From an uncultured bacterium (GTDB taxonomy: Bacteria; Patescibacteriota; Minisyncoccia; UBA6257; 2-01-FULL-56-20), in the NCBI GenBank assembly GCA_963747905.1, contig CAVVHF010000018.1, positions 1,135 to 65,134 on the forward strand: a stretch of 64,000 nucleotides of DNA. The letters run 5' to 3'. The notes below the pieces were generated by a model that was given only the letters and a program-made list of their open reading frames with translations, did not search any database and had not been told where the DNA came from. Position 1 is the first letter of the stretch; each line of letters opens with the position of its first letter. This document shows positions 27,093-37,751 of this stretch, one piece after another. A program made the position numbers and the translations under genes.

Positions 27093-28082
27093 TTAATATC
27101 CAATAACCTCCCGCGAATGCGGCTCTTCGGATATCTTCATGAACCCCGACGCAAGGAGCAGCTCGTAAAAAACGAGACATATGAATTGCGCAAACCATAC
27201 GAACAGGATGCCGAGCGTGCGCAAGCCGATAAAGAGCACCGTCACCCAGCCGACATCGAACCATCCCGACGACTGGCTCTGCCACGCGTTCAGCACGCCA
27301 TTCAGCACATTATAGAACGCGTCACTCGTGGGCGATGACGTGACGACTGTGCCGGACGCGTCTTCCAAAAAGTTTTGCGTGAACTGGGTGGTCGCCTGCT
27401 GGAGCGCGATATTTTTCTGGGCATCGTTCAGGCTTTGAAAACTCGGATTGTTCGCCAGCTCCATCTTGGAAACGCTTTGCGCGAAATCGCCGAACGAGCC
27501 GTTGAGTGACAGCTCCGGATAGAAGCTGTTCACGAGCCCGGAGGTCCAGTCAAAGAACGTTCGGAAACTTTGTTGGGAAACGATGAGCGCATTGCCGCCG
27601 AGCTGTGGAACATACGCAAGGATCATAAAGAGCAGGACTGCGGTCGTGAACTTTCCCAACACGTCTCCGCTCGCGCCCAAGAACGGGATCTCGATCCCAT
27701 TCCGCACCTGCGTGCGAGCGCTGAAATGCCCCCACACGAGCATGACAATCATAATGACGGCAATAACGCCGATGATCTGCGCATTGTCCCGCCAAAAAAA
27801 TCCGAGCATCGCCACTGTTTCAAAAAAAATAACGAGCATGCTCCGCCATCCGTTCTTGGACAAAAATACCTCCATGACGGATACCACCCCAAAGAACGTG
27901 AGCGCGGCGAATAAGAACCACACCGACCATCCTTGCGTGAGATAGCGATAGTAGCAATAGCCAAACAGCGCGGCGGACAACACCGCCGCCGCATCAAGAC
28001 TAAGCGACCGCCACGTGCCCGACGGGCGCTGGGCCGTGCTGATCTTAGGCCGATTGATCAGGTTTTGGTTCTGCGGGTCCAT
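27093..28082 (-). CDS. hypothetical multi-pass membrane protein
   Basis: About six TM helices plus a polar loop; start uncertain, overlaps dnaK end. Confidence 0.75.
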   Translation of the reverse strand: MDPQNQNLINRPKISTAQRPSGTWRSLSLDAAAVLSAALFGYCYYRYLTQGWSVWFLFAALTFFGVVSVMEVFLSKNGWRSMLVIFFETVAMLGFFWRDNAQIIGVIAVIMIVMLVWGHFSARTQVRNGIEIPFLGASGDVLGKFTTAVLLFMILAYVPQLGGNALIVSQQSFRTFFDWTSGLVNSFYPELSLNGSFGDFAQSVSKMELANNPSFQSLNDAQKNIALQQATTQFTQNFLEDASGTVVTSSPTSDAFYNVLNGVLNAWQSQSSGWFDVGWVTVLFIGLRTLGILFVWFAQFICLVFYELLLASGFMKISEEPHSREVIGY

Positions 28083-29982
28083 CGGGTTGCTGCCCAACAT
28101 TATCCCCCTGAGGTTCATTGGGTTTATTATACGCCGCTTGCCCGATCTTTTGTATCTCTGTCGAAAGTGCCTCGGTCGCAGCTTTGATCGCCGCTTCATC
28201 TTCGGCATCTTTCACGCTCTTCAGCGCCGCCAGTTTTTCTTCCACGCCGGCCTTCACCTCCGCCGGCAGTTTATCACCCGCATCCTTTATCGATTTCTCG
28301 GCAAGATAGATGAGCGACTCCGCCTGATTGCGCGTCTCAATGAGTGCCTTTCTCTTTTCATCTTCCACCGCATGTTCTGCCGTTTCCTTCTTTAACTTCT
28401 CGATCTCTTCTTTTGAAAGGTTGCTCGACGCTTCCACTTTAACCGACTGCACTTTGCCGCTCGCTTTGTCTTTTGCCGAGACGTTCAAGATGCCGTTCGC
28501 GTCGATGTCGAACGTGACCTCCACCTGCGGGACGCCGCGCGGCGATGGCGGAATTCCGTCGAGAATGAACTTCGCGAGCGTCTTGTTGTCGCCGGACATC
28601 GGACGCTCACCCTGCAAAACATGCACTTCCACCGACGTCTGATTGTCCGCCGCCGTCGAGAAGATCTGCGACTTCGCTGTCGGCACCGTCGTGTTCTTCG
28701 GGATCATCGGCGTCGCCACGCCGCCGTATGTCTCGATGCTCAGCGAGAGCGGCGTCACATCCAAAAGTAAAATATCCTTCACTTCGCCTTCCGTCTTGCG
28801 GCCTTCTGCTTTCGCTGCCAAAATTTCGGCCTGAATGCCCGCGCCGAGCGCGACCACCTCGTCGGGATTGATCCCTTGATGCGGCTCTTTTCCAAATAAC
28901 GCCTTCACCGCTTCCTGCATCGCCGGCATACGCGTCTGCCCACCGACGAGGATCACTTCCGCGATCTCGCTTAGCTGATATCCGGCGCCCTTCGGCGCGG
29001 GCGATGTCACTGTTTCTTTCGTCAGTTGGATCGAACGATCGACGTATTCTTGAACGAGCGACTCGAGCTTCGCACGCGTCAGCTTGATCTGAAAGTGCTT
29101 CGGTCCGTTCGCATCGGACGAGATGTACGGAATGTTGATCTCCGTCTCGAGCGCGGTCGAAAGCTCGTGTTTCGCGCGCTCCGCAGCTTCCTTCAGCCGC
29201 TGGACCGCAAGCGGGTCTTTGGAGATATCGATGCCTTCCTGTTTCTTATATTCCGCGACTAGATATTCCTGGATCTTCTTATCGAAATCGTCGCCGCCAA
29301 GGTGCGTGTCACCGCCCGTCGCGCGAACCTCCACCGTTTGCTCTTTGGATTCGGCGTCGTAGCCCATTTCCAAAACAGACACATCAAATGTTCCGCCTCC
29401 AAAATCATAGACCACGATCTTCTGATTTTTTTCTTTGTTCACTCCATACGCGAACGCAGCGGCGGTCGGCTCGTTCAAGATGCGATCCACTTTCAGCCCT
29501 GCGATCTCGCCGGCGTTCTTTGTCGCTTGTCTTTGCGAATCATCAAAATACGCAGGCACGGTGATGACCGCCTCGGTGATCTTCTCTCCAAGTTTTGCTT
29601 CGGCATCGGCCTTCAGTTTACTCAAGATGAACGCGGAGATCTCCTCCGGCGAATACCACTTATCGCCCATCTTCACTTCCACGCCGCCGGTCGCGCCGGC
29701 GCGGATCTCGTACGGAAGCCACGCTTTGTCGCGTTGGACCTCCGCATCGGTAAACTTACGTCCAATCAGGCGCTTCACGGAAAATATCGTGTTCGTTGGG
29801 TTCGTTACCGACTGCCGCTTGGCGAGCAATCCCACCAGCCGCTCACCGCCTTTCGAGAGCGCAACGATGGAGGGCGTCGTACGATTACCCTCGCTGTTCT
29901 CCAATATCTGCAACTCGCCATTCTTCATGACGGAGACGGCTGAGTTTGTTGTTCCTAAATCGATTCCAATTATTTTTGCCAT
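28045..29982 (-). CDS. dnaK: chaperone DnaK
   Basis: [32 protein letters not shown]. Confidence 0.98.
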   Translation of the reverse strand: MAKIIGIDLGTTNSAVSVMKNGELQILENSEGNRTTPSIVALSKGGERLVGLLAKRQSVTNPTNTIFSVKRLIGRKFTDAEVQRDKAWLPYEIRAGATGGVEVKMGDKWYSPEEISAFILSKLKADAEAKLGEKITEAVITVPAYFDDSQRQATKNAGEIAGLKVDRILNEPTAAAFAYGVNKEKNQKIVVYDFGGGTFDVSVLEMGYDAESKEQTVEVRATGGDTHLGGDDFDKKIQEYLVAEYKKQEGIDISKDPLAVQRLKEAAERAKHELSTALETEINIPYISSDANGPKHFQIKLTRAKLESLVQEYVDRSIQLTKETVTSPAPKGAGYQLSEIAEVILVGGQTRMPAMQEAVKALFGKEPHQGINPDEVVALGAGIQAEILAAKAEGRKTEGEVKDILLLDVTPLSLSIETYGGVATPMIPKNTTVPTAKSQIFSTAADNQTSVEVHVLQGERPMSGDNKTLAKFILDGIPPSPRGVPQVEVTFDIDANGILNVSAKDKASGKVQSVKVEASSNLSKEEIEKLKKETAEHAVEDEKRKALIETRNQAESLIYLAEKSIKDAGDKLPAEVKAGVEEKLAALKSVKDAEDEAAIKAATEALSTEIQKIGQAAYNKPNEPQGDNVGQQPDGPAEPKPDQSA

Positions 29983-29983
29983 G

Positions 29984-30142
29984 TTATTTTTTTAATGATT
30001 TTTTTATTTTTTCATCTACCGCTCCGCACCACGGGCAAAACCAATCTTTCTTTTTCTTCGGTGCGTCGCCGATCGCCCACCACTTCTTACATTTCCAGCA
30101 TTGAAAATGATTCAATGCCTCCACCGCGCGTTTGTGTTTCAT
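29984..30142 (-). CDS. 52-aa zinc-ribbon microprotein (not in ORF track)
   Basis: Manual translation [17 protein letters not shown]...WFCPWCG; ATGA overlap with grpE stop; TAA-C-ATG junction with dnaK. Confidence 0.8.
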   Translation of the reverse strand: MKHKRAVEALNHFQCWKCKKWWAIGDAPKKKKDWFCPWCGAVDEKIKKSLKK

Positions 30143-30633
30143 GTTCCCTTGCTTATAATCACGCGCGCCGGGCGCAAGACCTTTTCATGTAATCGGTATC
30201 CCTGCTCAATCACCTCCACCACGGCACCCGCCAGTTTTTCGGACGCGACCTCCGCGAGCGCTTCCGCAGTCGCGGGATCGAACACGTCCCCTTCTTTTAC
30301 GTCCACCTTCTCCAATCCCCGCTTTTTTAAAATATCCTCGATCTGCGTGCGGATAAGATAGATCCCTTTTTCCACCGGCCCGACTTTCTCTAAAGTGCGC
30401 AAAGCGAGATCAAAGTTGTCCATCACTGAAATAAGGTCCTTGATCAGATCCTCACTTCCGTAGCGTGCGACCTCGATGGCGCGATTCGACTCCTCTTTTT
30501 TATAATTAATAAAGTCCGCTTTCGCGCGCTGCCATCCGGCAAGATATTCATCCCGCTGAGCCGACATCTCTTCTATCTGCTCCTCGAGGTCGACCACCGT
30601 CGGTTCCGGCAATTTGTTTTCTTCGTCCGCCAT
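30139..30633 (-). CDS. grpE: nucleotide exchange factor GrpE
   Basis: QRAKADFINYKK, FDP, GY.L...VLRPARV. Confidence 0.96.
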   Translation of the reverse strand: MADEENKLPEPTVVDLEEQIEEMSAQRDEYLAGWQRAKADFINYKKEESNRAIEVARYGSEDLIKDLISVMDNFDLALRTLEKVGPVEKGIYLIRTQIEDILKKRGLEKVDVKEGDVFDPATAEALAEVASEKLAGAVVEVIEQGYRLHEKVLRPARVIISKGT

Positions 30634-30651
30634 TGGTTTGTTAAAATTTGA

Positions 30652-31344
30652 TTAAAGATTTTTAAATATTCGTATGACCTTTTTGTAGTCCATCCGTTTG
30701 GGGCCGATGGCAAAGATGGAGATTGTCGCGTCGCCGATCTGATAGTTTCCACCCACAACGGAGAGATTGTCGCTCGTCGTCAGCGGACTTTTCTTCCCGA
30801 TGAAGATCTGCGGGCCGATGCCCATCTTCTCCGCCGCGCGCGGCGCGCGCTCGTCTACTTCCTCGAAATCGTGAATGACCGAACGGATGCCGCTCTGATC
30901 CTGCCAGTCGAGATGGTCGATCAGGTGTTGGAGGCCCGCTTTATATACCGATTCGCGCGCGCGATCCGCGGCGACGGAAAGCAAGCCGAGCTGAGCCGAA
31001 AGCTCGTTCAAAAGATCGGGCCACGCCTGCTCTTGGAGCAATAGATGGAGATCATTTTGTTTTGCGGTAACGGTGCGATCGCCCGAGGCGCTCGGCACGC
31101 TTGCAATCCCCAACATTCGCTTCGCAAAAAATTCATAGCCGGCGTTCGTCGGCATGCGTCCCGCCGAGTGGTGCGGCTGCTCGAGATACCCAGTGTTCTC
31201 AAGCTCATCAAGCTCGAGCCGAATCATCGCCGGCTTTATCCCGAAGTCGTAACGATCGTAGAGTAAGCCGGAGCTCACCGGATCGCCGGTGTTGATAAAC
31301 TCCTGGATCGCCGCTTCTAAAATCTGTGCCGTTCGATCAGTCAT
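30652..31344 (-). CDS. hrcA: heat-inducible repressor HrcA (short form)
   Basis: FINTGDPVSS, QPHHSAGRMPT, IGPKRMDY. Confidence 0.92.
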   Translation of the reverse strand: MTDRTAQILEAAIQEFINTGDPVSSGLLYDRYDFGIKPAMIRLELDELENTGYLEQPHHSAGRMPTNAGYEFFAKRMLGIASVPSASGDRTVTAKQNDLHLLLQEQAWPDLLNELSAQLGLLSVAADRARESVYKAGLQHLIDHLDWQDQSGIRSVIHDFEEVDERAPRAAEKMGIGPQIFIGKKSPLTTSDNLSVVGGNYQIGDATISIFAIGPKRMDYKKVIRIFKNL

Positions 31345-31365
31345 GCACTATCTATTTTAGCCAGA

Positions 31366-31392
31366 TTAGCAATCAAGTCAAGGGATTGCCAA
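31366..31392. promoter_or_regulatory. CIRCE operator variant
   Basis: TTAGCAATC-N9-GATTGCCAA directly upstream of hrcA (consensus TTAGCACTC-N9-GAGTGCTAA). Confidence 0.85.
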
Positions 31393-31463
31393 GAGTGCGG
31401 GCGTGGATAAAAAAGGGCGACCGAACATTGCGTTGTTCGACCGCCGTATGGAGCACGCGCACG

Positions 31464-31667
31464 CTAGGAGAAACATCCTCCCATACCGCCCTCTTCCAGG
31501 AGATGGATCGCCTCACTAATCTGATCTGAGGAGCTACTGGTTTGCCGCTCCGTTTCTTGGATATCGGCGAGCGACAACCGCCAGTCCAACGTATTCTGTC
31601 GCAACTGTTGCCCTAGAATCTTCTCGCGGGCAACGCTCTTTCTCTGCACCGAAGCACTGCTTGGCAT
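31464..31667 (-). CDS. small hypothetical protein
   Basis: GGGGAGG SD before MPSSAS; hairpin with T-run downstream. Confidence 0.35.
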   Translation of the reverse strand: MPSSASVQRKSVAREKILGQQLRQNTLDWRLSLADIQETERQTSSSSDQISEAIHLLEEGGMGGCFS

Positions 31668-31778
31668 TGATCCTCCCCAGAAAACTTTATTTCTAAGATT
31701 AGTTATATCATAATCACAATAAAATGGAAGCCTCCCCCTCTGCGGTATGCACAAGCTTTTTTATGTTAAAATATCATT

Positions 31779-32660
31779 ATGGAAATAAAGAAAGGGAAAG
31801 GGGTCCAGTGGGTCGACGTGGCGAAGCCGACGGACAAGGATCTGGCGTGGCTCGAAAAGGAATATAAGCTCCATCCCGTTATCGTGGAGGAATTGCGGGG
31901 GCCCTCGGCACGGGGGCGCGTAGAGGCATATAAAGATTATCTTTATTTCATCTATTACTTCCCTGTTTATGATCGCGACGACGAGGCGTCGACACGCACC
32001 GAGATCGATTTCATCGTCACTAAGGACAGCATCGCGACCGTCCACTATGACGGCTTGGACGATGTGATGAACGGCTTGGACGTAACAGAATGCGATTCAT
32101 CGCTCGCGGTGATGTACCGTCTCATCGAACATCTCATCAACTTTCAGGAGCGGCAGTTGCGCCACATCCGCGAAAAAGTGGAAGCGGTCGGCAAGGAGAT
32201 TTTTAAAGACAAAGAGAAAGAGGTGCTTGAACGCATTACCTACCTCAAGCGCGACGTTTCGGAGTACCGCATCGTCGTACGCCTCCAAGAACCAATCCTG
32301 CGCTCGCTCCTCGCAAAAGGAAAAAAGTTCTGGGGCGACAGCGCCGAGATCTATCTGAACGATCTCATCGGCGACCAGCTGAAGGTTGTAAATCAGCTTG
32401 AAGACTATCGCGAAGCGATTGCCGACTTTGAAGACACCAACAATCAGCTGATGAACCTCAAGATCAACAGCGTCATGAAAACATTCACGTCGCTTTCATT
32501 CCTCACCTTCCCCTTCATGCTCATCGCCGCGCTCTTCAGTATGAACACTCGCGGCACGCCGATCATCGAACTCCCCTACTCATTCTGGATCATCTTTGGC
32601 ATCATGATCGTCGGAATGGTCGCAATGACCGTTTACTTCAAGCGAAAGGGATGGTTCTAG
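31779..32660 (+). CDS. corA: CorA-family divalent cation transporter
   Basis: LHPVIVEE, NSVMKTFT, FSMN signature variant, two C-terminal TM. Confidence 0.9.
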   Translation: MEIKKGKGVQWVDVAKPTDKDLAWLEKEYKLHPVIVEELRGPSARGRVEAYKDYLYFIYYFPVYDRDDEASTRTEIDFIVTKDSIATVHYDGLDDVMNGLDVTECDSSLAVMYRLIEHLINFQERQLRHIREKVEAVGKEIFKDKEKEVLERITYLKRDVSEYRIVVRLQEPILRSLLAKGKKFWGDSAEIYLNDLIGDQLKVVNQLEDYREAIADFEDTNNQLMNLKINSVMKTFTSLSFLTFPFMLIAALFSMNTRGTPIIELPYSFWIIFGIMIVGMVAMTVYFKRKGWF

Positions 32661-32684
32661 GTCTCGCGCAGTTCTCATCATCGT

Positions 32685-34100
32685 ATGATCACGCTCTATA
32701 ATACACTCTCACGCAAGAAGGAATCGCTTAAACCCATTCATCCGGACTGGGTCGGTCTCTATACCTGCGGGCCGACGGTGTATAACTTCGCGCACATCGG
32801 CAATCTCCGCACCTATATTTTTGAAGACGTCCTCGAACGAACTCTGCGCTTCGACGGCCACGCCGTACGGCGCGTGATGAATATCACGGACGTTGGCCAC
32901 CTTACCGGCGACACCGACGCGGGCGACGATAAGCTTGAGACTGCGGCCGAGACACAAAAAAAATCAGTGGAGGAAATTGCCAAGTTCTATACCGATGCAT
33001 TCTTTGAGGACCTTGCGAAGCTGAATATTATAAAACCAGATATCGTCGCACCCGCGAGCGCGTACGTGCGCGAGCAGATTGCGTTAGTTCAGATATTGCT
33101 CGAAAAAGGGTTCGCGTATGACACACCGAAAGCGGTTTATTTTAATGTAACCGCGTTCCCCGATTACGGCGCCCTCTCTGGACAATCGCTCGCGGAAAAA
33201 ATGACCGGCGCGCGCGAAGAAGTGGTCGTTGACGACGACAAGCGCAATCCCGCCGATTTCGCGCTCTGGTTCAAGTTGGAAGGAAAGTTTAAAAAACACT
33301 TACTGCATTGGCCGTCACCATGGGGTGAAGGATTTCCCGGATGGCATATCGAGTGCTCCGCGATCGCACGGCACTTCCTTGGACAGCCGTTCGACATCCA
33401 TGCGGGCGGCATCGACCTTGTGGGCACGCATCACACGAACGAGATCGCGCAATCGGAGGCCGCATACGACGTTCCGCTCGCACACATGTGGATGCACGGC
33501 GAACATCTACTGATCGACAACGGCAAGATGGCAAAGTCGGAGGGAAATTTTCTTACGCTCACCGAGCTGGAAGCAAAAGGATATCATCCCCTCGTCTATC
33601 GCTATCTCGTGCTCGGCGCGCACTATCGCACGCGGCTGAACTTTACCTGGGAAAGTTTGGACGCGGCGCGGAACGGCATTGAGCGGCTCTATGAAGCGGT
33701 GAATGATCTCTATGGAGAAAGCGCGTCGACCAAATCGCCGAAAAAATCTCTCGAACAATACGTCGCCGAATTCCGCGCCGCGATGGACGACGATCTGAAC
33801 ACGCCCCAGGCGCTTGCCATACTCCACGAAATGCTGGCTGATGGCGGCAATCCAAAAGAGAAGCTTACGCTCGTCAAGCAGTGTGATACAGTTTTGGGAC
33901 TTGGATTGGAAGATGCCATGGCCGACGCAAGCGTGGCCGAGAACGACCCCAAAATCGCAGAAATGGCCCGAATATATGCCGATTTGCGGGGCAATAAACA
34001 GTTTATCCAGTCCGACGCTTTGAGAAAAGAGATAGAAGCATTAGGATATTCCATAAGGGATACCAAAGACGGTTCACGAATTAGGAAAAGATTTTTTTAA
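32685..34100 (+). CDS. cysS: cysteine--tRNA ligase
   Basis: CGPTVY, HIGN, PGWHIECS, KMAKS. Confidence 0.97.
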   Translation: MITLYNTLSRKKESLKPIHPDWVGLYTCGPTVYNFAHIGNLRTYIFEDVLERTLRFDGHAVRRVMNITDVGHLTGDTDAGDDKLETAAETQKKSVEEIAKFYTDAFFEDLAKLNIIKPDIVAPASAYVREQIALVQILLEKGFAYDTPKAVYFNVTAFPDYGALSGQSLAEKMTGAREEVVVDDDKRNPADFALWFKLEGKFKKHLLHWPSPWGEGFPGWHIECSAIARHFLGQPFDIHAGGIDLVGTHHTNEIAQSEAAYDVPLAHMWMHGEHLLIDNGKMAKSEGNFLTLTELEAKGYHPLVYRYLVLGAHYRTRLNFTWESLDAARNGIERLYEAVNDLYGESASTKSPKKSLEQYVAEFRAAMDDDLNTPQALAILHEMLADGGNPKEKLTLVKQCDTVLGLGLEDAMADASVAENDPKIAEMARIYADLRGNKQFIQSDALRKEIEALGYSIRDTKDGSRIRKRFF

Positions 34101-34124
34101 TCTTTTAAATAATTATTAAAAACG

Positions 34125-35489
34125 ATGGCGGTCATCAAAAAATCACAACTGAAACTCCCACCGCAGAACCTGGAAGCAGAACAGGCGGTGTTGGGTTCCG
34201 TCCTCATCGATAAGAACGCGATCTTCCGTGTGGCGGATATTTTATTGCCGGAAGATTTTTACACGCCGACGCACGAACGGATCTACAAAGCCATCCTTAC
34301 GCTCTATGAAAAGCATCAGCCGATTGATGTGCTCAGCCTCACCAATTTCCTCAAAGAGCACGAGCTCTTAAAAGAGGTCGGCGGATCGGCGTATCTTGCG
34401 GACCTTACGAACCATGTGTCGAGCGCATCGCACGTCCAACACTATGCCACGATTGTAAAAGAGAAAAAGGTTTTGCGCGATCTCATCAAGGCGTCGGCGG
34501 AGATCGCCGAAGACGTGTTCTCGAACGGCGGCGAGGTGGAAGACCTACTTGATGACGTCGAGCAGAAGATCCTTTCGATCTCACAGAAATCCATGCCGCA
34601 AAATTTCGTATCGCTCAAGGACGACCTCACGAGCGCATACGAGCGCATCGCCAGCCTCCACGCCGGTGGCGGAAAGTTGCGCGGCGTGCCCACTGGCTTC
34701 CCTGCGCTCGACGAGACGCTTTCCGGACTTCAAAAATCCGAGCTCGTCATTCTCGGTGCGCGTCCGTCGGTCGGCAAGACGTCGCTCGCACTCGACATCG
34801 CGCGGAACGCGGGCAAGGCGGGATTCACCGTCGGACTTTTTTCGCTCGAAATGTCGCGTGAATCATTGCAGGACCGCATCATCGCTGCCGAATCGCAGGT
34901 GCCGCTCTGGAACATTCTCACCGGCCGCATTTCGAACGACAGCGAATTCTCCATGATTCAGAACGCGCTGGATCGACTTTCTACGATCAAACTTTTTATT
35001 GACGACTCTCCGTCACTGAACGTGTTGCAAATGCGCTCTATGGCACGACGGTTGCAGGTGGAACACGGGCTTGATCTGCTCATCGTGGACTACCTCCAGC
35101 TCATCCGCCCGCGCACGAACAGCGATAACATGGTGAATATGATCACCGAGATATCGCGTGGACTCAAGGCGCTTGCGCGCGAGCTCAAGGTACCGGTGCT
35201 CGCGCTCTCCCAGCTCTCGCGCGGCGTGGAACAGCGCGATCACAAGATCCCCCGCCTTTCGGATCTCCGCGAATCCGGCGCGATCGAACAGGACGCGGAC
35301 GTTGTAATGTTCCTCTGGCGCGACGAGCGTAACCCAAACGACACTACGTCGTCCATCGACAATACCGTCCACTTGCGGATCGCCAAGCACCGCAACGGCG
35401 CGCTCAAGGATCTCGACTTCTTCTTCGACGCGGAACGCGCGAGCTTCAAGACGATAGAGAAAAGATACGAGGAACTGCCGGCCCTCTGA
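34125..35489 (+). CDS. dnaB: replicative DNA helicase
   Basis: PPQNLEAE, GARPSVGKT, VDYLQL, LSQLSR, DLRESGAIEQDAD. Confidence 0.98.
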   Translation: MAVIKKSQLKLPPQNLEAEQAVLGSVLIDKNAIFRVADILLPEDFYTPTHERIYKAILTLYEKHQPIDVLSLTNFLKEHELLKEVGGSAYLADLTNHVSSASHVQHYATIVKEKKVLRDLIKASAEIAEDVFSNGGEVEDLLDDVEQKILSISQKSMPQNFVSLKDDLTSAYERIASLHAGGGKLRGVPTGFPALDETLSGLQKSELVILGARPSVGKTSLALDIARNAGKAGFTVGLFSLEMSRESLQDRIIAAESQVPLWNILTGRISNDSEFSMIQNALDRLSTIKLFIDDSPSLNVLQMRSMARRLQVEHGLDLLIVDYLQLIRPRTNSDNMVNMITEISRGLKALARELKVPVLALSQLSRGVEQRDHKIPRLSDLRESGAIEQDADVVMFLWRDERNPNDTTSSIDNTVHLRIAKHRNGALKDLDFFFDAERASFKTIEKRYEELPAL

Positions 35490-35608
35490 GGTATAGCCTA
35501 CATACTTTTTTCAGGTACGCGTCACCGCCTTCTGGCGAGGCGCTCCATCTCAATCGCCTTCGCGACCTCCGATAGCCCCCAAAGTATGTGGCTATACCTC
35601 AGAGGGCC
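35480..35608. repeat. ~130-bp palindromic element with 28-bp terminal inverted repeats
   Basis: GGCCCTCTGAGGTATAGCC(T)ACATACTTT / AAAGTATGTGGCTATACCTCAGAGGGCC plus inner stems. Confidence 0.85.
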
Positions 35609-35614
35609 AACACC

Positions 35615-36316
35615 TTAGCGTTTCCTCTCTTTCTTTTCGAAATGCCAATGCCACGGTTCATACATAACGCCATCTTTGTTTTTTTTGGGATATGACAAAT
35701 AAAAGCCAAATTTGTTTGCATTGCGTATCAACCATTCAAATTCTATTGTCTTTCCAAATTTTAAAAGATCATCATCTTCTGGAATTCCTTCTTCTGTCAT
35801 AAAATCGATTGCTTGTCGTTGGGGGTTACTGTGCTCACTGTAACCCGGGAAAGCAGCCCATCTGACGGTTTTCCTAAAATCAAAGCCCGTATATTCAAAC
35901 AAAGAAAGGAACACTATAATTTGATAAGTTGGCGATCGGTAGCCAGACGCTACGAGTAACGACTTTCCAATATCCTTCTTTATCGCTGAATTCAGATGCC
36001 GATAAGCTTTATACACGGTACCGGGCAATAATTGCTCATTCATAGTTTTAGCTCTTCCTTTATGGAAAAACCTTTGCTTTCTTATCTTAACGATATCAGA
36101 CGGAACGTTTTGTATACCAAAAAATTTTCCTTTAAAACCGTAGCGGCGAGGATCGATCGACAAAAACTTTTTAATGGCCAACCTTTCATCTTTTTCAAGG
36201 AATTTATAAAGTTTGGAAAAGGTGATCAACCGAAGGTCTTTTATTGCATTAGGACGATCTATCTTTTTTAAAATTGTTTTAACGATTTCCGGATCAAGAA
36301 AGCCGCGCTGTTTCAT
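35615..36316 (-). CDS. M15B (VanY-like) D-Ala-D-Ala carboxypeptidase
   Basis: SGYRS, PGYSEH, AID, YEPWHW; visibly AT-rich. Confidence 0.88.
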   Translation of the reverse strand: MKQRGFLDPEIVKTILKKIDRPNAIKDLRLITFSKLYKFLEKDERLAIKKFLSIDPRRYGFKGKFFGIQNVPSDIVKIRKQRFFHKGRAKTMNEQLLPGTVYKAYRHLNSAIKKDIGKSLLVASGYRSPTYQIIVFLSLFEYTGFDFRKTVRWAAFPGYSEHSNPQRQAIDFMTEEGIPEDDDLLKFGKTIEFEWLIRNANKFGFYLSYPKKNKDGVMYEPWHWHFEKKERKR

Positions 36317-36399
36317 TGAATTAAGTATATATCATCTAGATCTCCCAGCCGTTGAAATCCTCCTTGCTCCTTTATCCCCTATCTTCTATCCTTGTCTAT

Positions 36400-37005
36400 A
36401 TGATGAAACTTCCGGAGCCAGTGCAGAAGGTGGTGGACGAGCTTGCTGAGCTGCCGTCCATCGGGCCGCGCCAGGCGGTGCGACTTGCGTTCTATCTGAT
36501 TGGACGGCCGAAAGAAGGCCTGCGCGTGCTCGCGCAAAGCATTGACGCGCTACGCTTGATCAAGATCTGCGAGCGGTGCTTCTTCGTCCATCAAAATGAG
36601 GGAACGCTGTGCGACGTCTGTGCGAATCCGGCGCGGAACCAGCGCGTCATCATGGTGGTGGAAAAGGAGACGGATTATCTTTCCCTCGAGAACACAAAAA
36701 AATTCACCGGACGGTATTTTATTATTGGGCCGGTACCTAAAACGGGATTTTTGGAACAGTGGCAGAAAACGCGTCTGCTTAGCTTGAAAAAATATATCGC
36801 GGACGCTCTCGGTGGCGCGGCGGATGAGATTATTCTCGGTTTCAGTCCCACCACACTTGGCGATTTCCAGGCGTCGCTCTTATTGAAAGAGCTCGCACCG
36901 CTTGCCAAGCGGATTAGCCGCCTCGGTCGCGGCCTCCCCACCGGCGGCGAGATCGAATTCGCGGACGACGAGACGTTGGGCGCGGCCATGGAAAGGAGGA
37001 ATTAG
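36400..37005 (+). CDS. recR: recombination protein RecR
   Basis: LPSIGPRQA.R, C4 finger, RLGRGLPTGGEIEFAD..TL. Confidence 0.95.
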   Translation: MMKLPEPVQKVVDELAELPSIGPRQAVRLAFYLIGRPKEGLRVLAQSIDALRLIKICERCFFVHQNEGTLCDVCANPARNQRVIMVVEKETDYLSLENTKKFTGRYFIIGPVPKTGFLEQWQKTRLLSLKKYIADALGGAADEIILGFSPTTLGDFQASLLLKELAPLAKRISRLGRGLPTGGEIEFADDETLGAAMERRN

Positions 37006-37652
37006 AATTCTTTTCTCCCCCATTCCACAATTTTCCCCGCCTCAATCTCGCTCCGGTCAGCGCGGCGTAAACGGCGCGTAGCGGCGGCGCTTACTATTTG
37101 AAAGTGTTTTGAGGAATCCAATGCTTCGGCGATGTTCGAAAGATCCCCGCGCGATGTGAGCCACTCGTCGCCGCGCGCCGCGCGGCATTGCAGAAGATCG
37201 AACGGCGCAGAGTAGCTGCGCATCGTCTTTATACCACTGTCCAAAAAATATTCGTTGAAGTACGACATCGCGAGTTCGTGCGGGTCGCGGTAGACCGGGT
37301 CGCGGTAGCGCAGGACGGCGTGGTTCGTTTTGCTGATTGCGCCCCATCGCCCGCCCTCTTTAAAGAGCGCGACCACGTGGTCGTCGTCGTGATCGGTCGT
37401 CTTCAGATCGAGGAGCAGCGGCGGATGGCCGATGTGCCACAGCGCAGCGGCGGCGAGCATCGCGCCCTCCATGCAATGCGCCTTTCCGGTTTGCAATACC
37501 ACGAGCGGCGATGCGTACGTATGCCGCCGCCCAGTGAAGTTCATCTCAAAATCGTTCACAAAATCCTGGATGGCGGCGGGGATGCGCAACTTTTTGAATA
37601 TCGAAAATTCCTCGGGAAATTCCTTGATGACCGCTCTTGGAAAAGCACGCAT
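37002..37652 (-). CDS. conserved protein with transglutaminase-like Cys-His motif
   Basis: AHCMEGA...DHVVALF...WGAISKTN. Confidence 0.7.
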   Translation of the reverse strand: MRAFPRAVIKEFPEEFSIFKKLRIPAAIQDFVNDFEMNFTGRRHTYASPLVVLQTGKAHCMEGAMLAAAALWHIGHPPLLLDLKTTDHDDDHVVALFKEGGRWGAISKTNHAVLRYRDPVYRDPHELAMSYFNEYFLDSGIKTMRSYSAPFDLLQCRAARGDEWLTSRGDLSNIAEALDSSKHFQIVSAAATRRLRRADRSEIEAGKIVEWGRKEF

Positions 37653-37701
37653 AAAAGAATTATAGCAGACGCCCAACGAACTCCATCACGTAATCGCTAA
37701 T

Positions 37702-37730
37702 TTGACATACCACTTCCAACATATTATAAT
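37702..37730 (+). promoter_or_regulatory. consensus sigma70 promoter
   Basis: TTGACA-N17-TATAAT. Confidence 0.85.
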
Positions 37731-37751
37731 TGCACCCAGCGAGGTAGAGGA

